From Selaginella moellendorffii (Eukaryota > Plantae > Lycopodiophyta), in assembly GCF_000143415.4 (NCBI RefSeq), contig NW_003314273.1, positions 2,666,719 through 2,730,718 on the forward strand: DNA of 64,000 nt, written 5' to 3'. Below, piece after piece: positions 23,801-35,100 of the stretch (its first letter is position 1; every line of letters starts with the position of its first letter). The notes beneath the pieces were generated by a model. It had not been told where the DNA came from. It ran no database searches and saw only the letters and a program-made list of their open reading frames with translations. The translations under genes and the position numbers were made by a program.

Positions 23801-26192
23801 AACGAAAAGATGATAGGTAATGCCTCGCGGTTATGGCGTGTGTGCTCATGCCATTCATTGCAGATCAAGGGCTGAGTGAAAGGAGCCAGTCACCACCTTC
23901 TGACTCAGATTCCTATGGCGAACTCCCCTTCCCCAATCTCAATGGAGAGGTACAATGGATGAGGGATGCTTTTCAAGTCAGGGCCACGTTTTTCTCATCT
24001 CGTCGTATTCGAAGGGTGCAAGAACGTGCAGAAACCATGTTAAGACAGTCAGGTGAGGATACGGTCCTAGGTCACGCACTAAAACAGGCTATGGATGTCT
24101 TGTATTTTGAGATGGAGACTCGGCCAGATGATTTTCCCAAGATGGTCCTGGAAAAACAAGCCATCTAGCCTGAGCAGCCTATGGAAGAAATGCAGGAGGG
24201 GGATGAGGAGCCAGAGAAAGATAATGAGCAGGAAGAGCAAAAGGACGAAGAGGAGGACAAAGAAGAGGAGGATGAAGAAGAGGAGGACGAAGAGGACTTG
24301 GATGGTCCTCACAATGGTGACGATCACAATAACGACGATGACGATGATGACGACGATGGCCAGCCTGAGGTGGCCAAAGAGCAGCGGAGGAAGGTCATAC
24401 AAGACAAACCATCAGGTAAATAATAGTACATCCATTCCTAACCTTTTACCATTTCTAACATTGTCCATATAGGTCGCAGAAGAAATGGTAAGTAGAGATT
24501 ATTCAGTTGAATTAAGATACAAACTCTAGCCTTTAGTGTCGAGGAAGGATAGTGCCAAGCAAGGGTCGAAACGTATGTCTAATCCTTCAGAATCAACAGT
24601 GCGCCCAAGTGATATCGGTCCTAGTTCCTCAATAGCAGTTGATGGTAAATACAGTATAGTCGATTCAATGTGCTAATGAGTTTGTTTTTAGTAGCACGGG
24701 AGGATACCATCTCAATCGAAGGGAGATATTTGGACATGCATATGGATCCGCCAGTGGACTCTACTTGCCTGCAAGAGTCATCAGAGCTGGTGGAGGCTAC
24801 TATCCATATCAACGCCAAGCAAGCTGACCACGCTCCACTTGATGCTGCCCATACCACTGAGTCAATCTTGTCCACGTATCCAACTGACGGTGACCAGACG
24901 CCATTGGACCCGCATGAGGCCGCCCCAGCCGCCGAGCCGGTCGTATCCTCATTTCCAACGTGTGCCCAATCGTCTGACTACGCGCCATTGGAACCTCCCT
25001 ACACCGCCCCTGCTGCCTGTTCGGTCATGTCCACTTTGCCAACGGAGGCACAAGCTGAAATGGCGTGTGATCACACGCCATCGGAACCACCCCATGCCAC
25101 TGTTGAGCCAGTTGTACCAGAGTCTACAGCTGAAATGGCATGTGCCCACACGCCATCGGATGCGATTGACCCCACATTGCAGAGGAGAGTATTTCCGCCC
25201 TTCACGTTTCCTCGACCAAAACCCTCTGAACGACCATCGGGAGCACCATTCGCTAATATTGTAGATGGTAAAATTGACTTGTACCATTTTTTATGCTGAC
25301 GCATTTCATTTCAGAGTCACGGCGAAAGTACTGTATCGTTTTTGATCTGAACGGTGTCCTTTTCTCCCATGAGCGTGGCTCGTCCTCGAATGTCACTGCA
25401 CCCTCCAAAGCCTGCGGTCGCAAGTTGGTCAAAAGAGACAGATTCACATTAATCACACGGGAGAAACTGCGGGATCTAATAATGACCATGCGACACTTAA
25501 AACAGAGGGCCGGGTTCAATTTGCAATTGGGAGTTTGGACATCCATGATGCGCCACAATGCATTAACGTTGCTACAGATGATGCACGATCAGACGCGAGT
25601 AATATTACCATTTGACTTTCTCCTAACGTAGGAGGATTGCTTGACTATGGTCCATGTGAGGGGTAGCAAGCCCATCTTCGTCAAGGCAGAGGCTGTAGTG
25701 ATGAACCGGACTGCTAGGTCAAGTGAAATCCTCATCATCGATGACTCGCCGATTAAAACTGCAGCGAACACGCACACATATGCAGTGCACCCCATCTCTT
25801 GCAGTATGGAAACTAGGGAGAAGAAACCGTATGTTCTGGGGGACCTTGCAAAACGGCTTGAAGCGATGGTGATAGAGAACCGGCCAGTCCAGGAGGTGGC
25901 TGCAGAAATCAACCAAATGGCAGATGGAACGGTATATCAGAAGCCATTTGATCGGACAGACACCAGTCATCATTTATGGCATGTATATTGTCTAGCCAAG
26001 CACTATCCGCATCTCCATAATCTGCTCAACCGGATGGGTTCTTCGACCACTGAACATGAGCGTGGACGTATTAGAGAAGAGATGGCATTACTATTGGGTT
26101 TAAATCCTGATAGTGTGGAGAGTGATGAAATTCCAAGATTATTGTATAGGCGTTGGAGGCAAAAAATGGCATGTATTTATTTAAAAATGTAA
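20829..26192 (+). pseudogene. Spliced ~1,635-aa fusion: ParB/Srx-like domain, degenerate beta-class DNA amino-MTase fold, basic/acidic/Pro-rich linkers, FCP1/NIF-type HAD phosphatase; four in-frame stops; 5' exons (~20587-20750) unresolved
   Basis: Exons 20829-22007, 22062-23370, 23421-23495, 23552-23623, 23673-23816, 23864-24415, 24473-24487, 24537-24644, 24692-25267 and 25315-26192 (4908 nt) join in one frame through GT-AG introns of 47-57 nt. Stops at 21846, 22002, 24166 and 25629. Motifs: FYAVSGQHSSLAM; KGKCVVEYNCGGLFFRAALLKGVPCVAV; IVFDLNGVL..VWTS..LIIDDSPIK. Confidence 0.7.
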
Positions 26193-26999
26193 CTTATTAT
26201 GGCATGGGGTTCCATGCTATTGTATTAATATTAAAAGACAATTCTTTGAGAGGATTTGCATTTACAGCATGTTATTGGAAGTCTACGAAGTTGTTTTATT
26301 AATAAGGGGAAAGTAAAGATTGAATGGGGACTTGGGCTCCACCTAGACTCGGAGCAATTGAGCCAATATTAAAAGGATGGAAAGAAATTGGACGACGATG
26401 ACAAGGAGAAGAGAGAGGTGAAGCAGTGGCAGGGGGAGGAGAAGTGATTGAGTAGACATTTCCTTGTTTAAAATAAAATGGCATGTGCCTCAATGCAGTT
26501 GAATTTTGTTATATTTATATACTATATAAAGGTTTGGAAACCTTATTTTACAAGTGGGATAATGACAATTCCCACTTTAACGAAATAGAGCTTACATATT
26601 CTACACAACCTCCACATGACCTCCAACTAGAAACAATTATCCTAACCGCAATTCTAGCATATTATTTCCATTTGCTACTTGCTTGATCCACCATAAACAT
26701 ATGCACATGTCATTAATTATGACTATAGTGAGACATTGATGCTTGATTCATGCCAAGTAAACAAATGGAGTAAGTGATAGGAAGTATTCAAGTAAAGACT
26801 AAGGCCCAAACTTGGAAACAAATGCTCAAGAAACATGCATACTATGAATCAATGCAAGGAGAAACCTGTCATTTGGCCATTATTTTCACCATTGTTGGGA
26901 ATTTGGAAATTGGAATGGAATAGTCCTGGCCACCTTGCTTTTATCCTGGACTTGCAAGTGAGGATTTTGTCTGACCATGTACTTGGTGTGTAATCTCTA

Positions 27000-27650
27000 C
27001 TAAGCCAAAACCCCTTTCAAGAACCATGACTGAAATATTCATTAATCTCATCAGATTCATCCACCACCACAACATTCTTGAGTGCAAATCTATAGTAGAT
27101 TTCTTTGTATACTTTTTCACTGAAAGGGCATAACCAGTTGGCATTCTGTCTTATGATTAGCCTATGAGGCCACCCTATCAGTTTTAAAAGCACATCATTT
27201 AAGTCTAATACCTGTTGCTACCAATCACTCCAAAGGGTCCCTTTGCATGCTGGTTCCTGGATTATATGGGACCATTTGTTCTTGTGGAGAAAAAACATAT
27301 GTACATCATTGCAGTGATAGATTCATGCACAAAATAGGTCAAGGCCATCTCTGTTGTCTCTGCAGACTAGATATGCATTGTCAACTTCCTATATAGCAAC
27401 ATATATTATCATTTTGGTGGGGAAGTCGTGAATGAAATCTTCAAGAGCTTGAAGATTCACCATATTTAATCTAATATTCATTATCCATAGAGAAATGACC
27501 AAGTTAAGTTTACAAGTCAAATTCTTAAGAATGTCATTTGTAAGATGGTTGACTCTTATCCACACCTAGCTATAACACTTTCCTAGGACTTTATAGTCTT
27601 TCTAAACCTCATTTAAAATGGTTATTGGAGCCATGCCATACCTCTGCCTA
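27000..27650 (+). mobile_element. Decayed Gypsy integrase relic
   Basis: Fragments DYMGPF, YIIAVIDSCTK*VKA and YYP*RNDQVKFTSQILK. Confidence 0.65.
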
Positions 27651-29177
27651 CAAAATAGTGACAAACAAATAGAGGCAAGAACGTAGAGAAAAGTAAAAAA
27701 GATGAAGAAAATAAGAAGAGAATAGCTCAAACCTTAAATATGTGAGTAATGATAAGCATATGTCACTCTTGTAACTCTACTTTGCACAAATAATTATAGG
27801 TGAGAGAAAAGATGGTTAATTCAATGTAAATGTATGGGGGTTGTTTTTAGCACGTCTAAATGCTAGTTATATACTATATAGTTTTATAATTGTTCTTAAC
27901 TACTTTTCATTTGTCTATAATAAGTGTTGCTTAGGTCAGGTTTTTTTCTTTGGATGCCTAAACTTAAGTGTAATTCCATTTCGCTTAAACTTCCTTCTTT
28001 TGCTTTGTTTGGGAAGATATACAAAATAAAACATTTACCTCTTCATCACTCCCCCACAATAAAGCTACTACCTATCCTTAGACAATCAAATTCTCTAAAT
28101 CTTGCTCTAGGTTGCTGAGCTTATTTTTCATAGTGACATGCTTAATGCTTTGGTGTAGATTGTCAAATTCCTGACACATGATCTAATTTTTCTAGTTAAG
28201 TAGTGTGATGCACTAGTCTTGGCAGGTGATGTGCTTTATATCAGTGGATGTAAAAGCCAAGATTGCACTCTTGAGTTCTTGAATTATATGGTGCTGATGA
28301 TTCTACTCACCCATGACTCTATCCACTTTTTTGGTGATTGTCTTGAGGTAGCTCAAGATCTATGCATGGTATTTTGTTGTTTTTTTGTCTTCCATCGGCC
28401 GGATTGGCTCGTCGATTGGTTGCTTGCCTCCTCCCTTGATATGTTGAGCAAGCTCCTCCATAAAGCTTCAAACTGCTAGCTCGATAGGCTGAGTCGCAAA
28501 CTTATGCGTAAAGGCATGGTTAGCTTTGACCTTGTAGTGCTTTTGTGATGTCTACTATTGCTGTGGCTGCCTCATCTTGCTAGATTGGTCTACCAAAAAT
28601 GTGTTGCTATTGGAGGTGGACTGGAGAAAACTAGCCCATACTTGTCTAGTTCATCTAGACCCTCTTTTGTAACCTCATCCTCTTTGTCTTGTTGAGTTTC
28701 TTGGCTGTGATCTTCTTAGCCTAAACTCACCTTATTAGCTATATCTACGACCAATGGTTTTACAACATCTATAGGCGTATCATGTGTTAGACTTTGTGGC
28801 TTAAGTTCTAGAATTTCTTCCACAACTTTGGCATCTATCATTTGCCTAGTGTTGTTCATTTGTGTACTCATCACTTCCTCGATGCTTGGAGAGATTTGTA
28901 TCAACATCAAAGTTGTCTCTGTAGACGTAGATGAGTCATGACTCTATTCTTGATCTGGGCATGGCTTTTTATCACCGTACTTGCTGCATCCAATTTTTCT
29001 ACGGCATACTTGGCCATTGGATTTCTGCGAAACAAACCCTGAGCTTGGATTTTTAGATTTAGACGGAGTTTCTTTTTGAGGGGAGAATTTTCCTCACTTG
29101 AATTTATATTGTTAGGATTCTCCTCTACATCCACATCTCTAGCTATATCCCTTGAAGGAAATATTGGAGGTGGTGGC

Positions 29178-32100
29178 TGTAGCACACGTGGTTTTGACCC
29201 TTTATCCTATAGTGATTTACCATAGGATAACACCACGAAGCGGAACCTAAACCCTCTTTGTGCCACGTGATAGATGCCACGTGTCCAAAGGAACATGGTG
29301 TGGAACCCAAGGTTCAGGGCTCCACTGAACGAAGGAACGGTGCCAAACTCCCAAGCATGGAGCCAAAGAGTGACGGAACTGGACCAAAAAGCAACTCCCG
29401 AGCATACAGCCCAAGGAGCAAAGGGACAGGAGCCCGGAGTGACTTGGAACAGTCCTGGAGCAACTAGCATCCCAATGCCAGAACCAGCACGCAAAACGGA
29501 GCCAAACAGAGTTTAGTGCTATTTCAGCATACCGGTGGCCTAACGCGAGGACATGGGTACTCCACCAGCTAACATAGAATGGAACTTGGGCTTAGACCCA
29601 AGCCAGACGTAGAACAAGGACAAACACGCAAGCGAAAGCTAAACTATGCCTCAGATTGGTCGGCCATACCCGACCTACCCACTATCCCTACTATACATTT
29701 GGAACCCCCCATAGCCCGCTCCCCCTTGGGGAACACATGCTTTGGGCTTTCACCCCAAGCCTCCCTTAGTATTAGGAGTTAGTCTTTGGGACAAGCTTGA
29801 AACTTAACAAATATGGAATGTCTTTAGATTGTGAATTTGAACATGGGATGAACACTATTGTGTTCAGGCCGATCTCTACATTCTGTAGATATGCCAAATG
29901 AGCAAATCTGGACACTTTCCATAAATAGCATTTGGGACCGAAATGAGACTAACACAAAGGGCATGATAGCGAGGGTGTTTGGCAGACACGATAAGCTATC
30001 ATGTAGCGATATTGAGGGACTAATGTCAATACGCAAGGGTTCTTGTCACTAGCAAGTGCAAGACAAAATGAGATGGGAACTCCTTACTGAACTAAGTATG
30101 CTTAGCTAATAACACGTAGGAATTCTATCCTTATGCTCGTCCGGTCTAAGTACACTCGAAATGCCCAATTAACTCCACTAGCACAAGAGGGACTGATAAA
30201 GGGTCCAGCAATACCGACCTCCTGCCATCGTGGCAGTAAGGTAAGAGTGTCCATAAGGACTGGTCGACAAGTAACTTTCGATACCCGAAGTCACATTCAC
30301 GACACTTTCTCCCCCTAAGGAAGATTGACGTCCTTGTCGATGCATACTCGAGTCTAGACCACCGCCAAGGAAACAACTCCAGAAAAATTTCACGGTGATC
30401 ACACTATATGAGAAATGCACTGACTTAAATGAGTTAGAAGGCAACCTCTTTGTCTAACACGGATGCGCTACCAGCTCAGACACCTTCCGGCCGTCGCCAA
30501 CAAGGAAATGACCAACAGAGTCAGCCACCCTTGTTGCTCTAGGAGTCACCTAGCTTACAAAAGTGTGATATGCCCCTGCCCACAAGGACATAGAGAGAGA
30601 AGCCAGAGGCCCCAACCCTCCTAAGCAAAGAAACCAAACCCGTCGATAAGGTTTAGATAGACTACTGTAAACAGGCAGTTAGAGTTGTTTACACGGTCAC
30701 ACCCTTTTTAACGAAATAAAGAACATCGGCAAAGAGGCGGGTGATGTGACCAGTCGACAGTAACTACCCCATGACTAAAGATTTCACCATGCATACGAAG
30801 TGCCAAAGCTAGTCTGCCTATACTAGCCCAAATTCAAAGATCAATAGATGGACAATATCAAAGTCATAAACAATGATATCTTAGAGACTTAATTACTAGT
30901 GATTAAATCTTAGAGTAGAACACAAAAGTATTCCAAGTAAGTTATCATCCGATAAACCAGTATTATAGTAGATAGGAACCACCAAGATCATCACAAGTGG
31001 TAAACATAGGATTCACCATCCAACAAAATTCAATAGCAAGTATATCACCAAGTAAACTCAATGATGAAACTTAACTATTGAAGATAGCAGACAGTAAGCC
31101 AACAACTTACTAGAAATAACTCAAAGAACACAAAGTATCATTGACTGAAAATTACAATACTCGCGAATGTATCACCTGAAGGAAATAACATTCCAACCTA
31201 TCAAAACTAATTCAAGCAACAATCAACATAACTGTAGCGCACTTTATCTCTCTCCCTTTAAGCCAATTGGAAAAGGGGCAATTGCTTGATGAGAGAGCCC
31301 TTAGTGGCTATTTTATCCCCATTTATCCCCCAAGGTTCCAAGGATCCACAGTAACAGTATATCCAAATCTTATCCCATGATCACATACACTACACTCACC
31401 CCCCCTTCAGAGATGTCAATGTCCTCATTGACTATTGATTATTGACTAACAACCCCTACTGAGCTACTGTGAGGCAACTAGTCATCCACCCGTACCGCAG
31501 TCCCACGGTGGATACCTTTGTCTGGGATGCTCCACAAGAGGAAGGACATACGCATGGATGCCCAATACGTACAATTTTCTAATTTAGGGGTAGAAATATA
31601 CCTTGCTCAAGGGTATATTATATTTTAAGTAGCCACTAATCAATGGGAATCGAACCCGTGCCATTTACTCTGATACCAACTATAGCGCACCTTATCTCTC
31701 TCCCCTTAAACCAACTAGAAAAGGGGTAATTGCTTGATGAGAGAGCCCTTAGTGGCTATTTTATCCCTATTTATCCCCCAAGATTCCAAGGATCCACGAT
31801 GACAGTATATCTAAATCTTATCCCATGATCACATGCACTACAATAACAGAATGAATGTGGTAAGACCGACAAACACCTAGTCATGTCAACTATCATACTA
31901 GCCAATCTGAATAGATCCTAGTCAACAATACGAAGGAACCAGAGTTGCTTAAACAAGTGTTAGCAACATCCTTTTGATGTCTCAAACCCAACAAACCAAT
32001 CTAAGGCAAACCACAAGGAACATGTGGTATTGCGAAAAGCCATAAGCTATCAAAGAGAATAACTAACCATCATGAAAGATCATGAATTATCCCATCAAAA

Positions 32101-35100
32101 AAATATGCAAAATCATCATCAAAGAAACAATTTACCATCCCGAAGAACAGCAAATCATTCTATACCAACAATAATCAAGCAAAATCTTTTGACAAGGACA
32201 AATAACTATCCTAGATGATAGTCAGTCTTCACCAATGATTGTTAGATGCAAAAGCTAACTTCAACATCGAAGCTAATGAGCGAAAATGCCTTCCCCAACA
32301 ACTTCTAACAAATGGAACAATAAGCATAAAACTCAAAGAACCAAAAGCTCGAAGAAGTCTATAGCCAAGTTTTGTATAACAATGATCACGAGTTTCGCAT
32401 GAACTAACGTCAATGCTAAGAAGAAATCATGGTGCAACCCACAATATCTTACTCAACACATCCATAAGCCAAACTTCATAATGCAAAGCTAATGAAGAAC
32501 ATGTCTGCATCAATCCAAAAGCTAAGCATAATGAAGCTATGCTCGACAAGTGATCATCAAACGACCCTCCATGAATCCATCTATAGCAAGACGTAACTCA
32601 CTTCATAACAAACACAAGAAGAATCAACAATGATTAATATATTCCAACTCAAATCCAACAAGGATTCAAACATTCCAACATCAATCACTTAACTCTTCTT
32701 CTCATAAAGCTAGTGTAGTCTATGACTAAATCACATTTCAAGGAAAAGCTAAAGCTCAACCTTTACTAAATAATCTCGTCTAGAACATAACTAACTCAAA
32801 CTTGCCACACAGTTTGTTTGAACATCAATATAGTTGTTAACTAGCAATTGTACACATGCTAATAACACAAAGCTATAGCTAAATCATCAACACTATCTTC
32901 ATCAAGACTAATGAAACTTAATATCAATCCTACAGAGAGACATCTCATTCCACTTGAATCTCAACATCAATAATATTAGTGACAAGGCATCACTTCAATG
33001 TCATCAACACCATAACAAAGCTAGAAGAAAGCAAGAGTGAATCACCACTCAAAACTCTCCAGCAACTAAAGTAACTAAAGTCGAAGATACTTTACCCAGT
33101 ATCCGAGACAAGTTCTTCAATAATACTCAGCTATAGATAACACTTCATCAAGGAGTGAATCACCACACCCAAGACTCAATGAAATCCAACACTACGAACT
33201 AAACGCAACCAAATGATATCAATAAAGATAAAATCAATATGCCAACATAGGAAAACCCATGTAAGTCTAATAATATGATCCTCCGTAACACCATCCGGTA
33301 AAGCAAGCCCATCACTGCTAAATCTTCATCAAGTGAAGTAAGTGTCATAGTCTTCAACAAAGTCTACCAACAATCACTAGTTGCAAAGCAACCAATAATC
33401 ACTCTTCAACTTGCCTTCACAAGAACCAAACACTACAATTGTGCCATTGAGTCATGCACTTGTCCAATATAAACATAATACCCCAAGTATGAGATAAAGT
33501 TTCATGGACAAGCATAAACCAAATAACCACTCAAATCTAACTCAACCACAATAAACTCACAAACACGTTTAGCCAATAGCTTTGAGCATGCCTTGAAGAA
33601 ACTAGCTATGCATGATCGACACTTAGTCGAAACTAAAGTGAAGACCATGAGATGGACTCATATCGGTACACAAACTCCTCATAGACGAAGCTATAGTACA
33701 GGTACCAACATCTCAACCACAAACAACTAAGTTGGACATCACCATCCTCAGCCAAGGCGCAGGGCCACCAAGACCAAGTCAAGATTAATGAAAGCTCACT
33801 ATTCTCATAGAGTTTAACAAAATGCAAGGTGCAACCTACCACCAAGCACAATGCTATAAAAGAAAGGCACAAGGGTCACCCTTCTTAGAAAAGCACAATG
33901 GCCACTTTTCTACACCAACTCCAGACTCTATCCAACTCAATTGCCTTAGCCCCAAAAGTTAACATCCCTTTCGGGTCGCATCATACAAACTACCTACTAA
34001 GGTCTAAGCCAACTAAAGTCAACTCTAACCCCTTCACTAGTTTGTACTGGCTTACGAAAACGAAATGGTTTTTAGGCAAAGTGATCAATAGATCGGCCAT
34101 TGGAAAAGCCTAAGAAAATTTGTGGAAAAATTTCCATCCTAAAGAAAGAATGACTCTCAGTCCAGGAATGTAAGCTTTCAAGACTCAACTAAATTCCTCC
34201 TACTAACAACTTCACATAGATTCACCTCAACACAAATTCTTATGACCCATAGTATGCTTAAGCATCGAACATTTTTTTGCCTATATTTTCGACATCCAAC
34301 ATCGACATCTGCAAAATGCAAAGTGAACATCTAAAGCTTGATCACGAAGACCATATCTTCAAACATCCACATTGCACCAACACTCTTCTTCAACCATTTT
34401 CAAGATCCAATGTGTAGCCAAAACACTAACAAGAAAAATGACATGAAAAATCATGCTCTAAGGAAAATTCCTCATCATTTAACATAACAATATCATCTCT
34501 ACTAACACAAGTGCTAGTGATATCAATGCCTTAACGACTCATCTTCTCCATCTAACAATTTATTCCAAGTATTAATGAATCAACTAACAAGCCATAGCAA
34601 GTGAATGCTATAACCCTTTCTAACATCTTATAGGCAAACCCTCAAGGAAACAACATACCACTCAAGCTTAACATAATGGACCACCATCGAGAATCCAATC
34701 AAAGTTACTACAATGTTACTACTTGCAAATAGACTAACTTCACCATCAACCACTTTGGGGTTGATCATCATTTATCCAAGCAACTTCGTAAACACATCAC
34801 TCATTATCATATAGATATGATATGGAAATCATAATTACTTGATCATCAATTGAGCAACACCACAAGCAACGCCCATGTCACTACTACAAAGGTTTACATG
34901 AGTATCAAGTGTCAACTCGATTCGACAAAATTGCAACATAAATGCCACACTCCACTAATAAAGATTTACAACACTCAACACCACTAACTTTTGTTCATAA
35001 CACGGTCAAGCTTATGCTACTCATATCCGACAAAACTCAACACTAATCCAACACCAAACTACTCAAGGAGCAATAGCAAGGTTCCCTGGAAAAGAATTGA

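Larger units (their letters stand above)
13142..26499. repeat. Dispersed 22-bp imperfect palindrome ATGGCRTGWGGCCWCAYGCCAT, ~30 copies
   Basis: Copies start near 13142, 13458, 13547, 13954, 14147, 14307, 14453, 15795, 15852, 17699, 17769, 17867, 18482, 18518, 18590, 19440, 19519, 19678, 19813, 20615, 20692, 20752, 22029, 23501, 23642, 23833, 25060, 25135, 26199 and 26478. The 17769 copy contains the perfect 20-mer TGGCATGAGGCCTCATGCCA. Confidence 0.92.
13450..26500. mobile_element. Large DNA-transposon-like element: Sola1-like transposase plus a divergent ParB-like/MTase-like/HAD fusion gene; boundaries approximate
   Basis: The transposase and the large cargo gene diverge from a repeat-rich centre. 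The unit is GC/CpG-richer than its flanks and marked throughout by a 22-bp palindrome. TIRs and TSD were not identified. Confidence 0.7.

Noticed and set aside
13142-26499. Palindromic repeats as a CRISPR array
   Set aside because: Spacing is irregular (35 bp to >1 kb), copies lie in introns and exons of a eukaryotic locus, and there are no cas genes.
13458-26500. TIR pair from aaatagaatggcatgtgccctca (reverse of ~13464-13486) and aaataaaatggcatgtgcctca (26471-26492)
   Set aside because: The similarity is mostly the palindrome itself. It does not extend outward and no TSD was found, so the termini remain undefined.
31645-31678. tRNA gene
   Set aside because: Only a T-arm-like 13-mer and the PBS are present; no cloverleaf.
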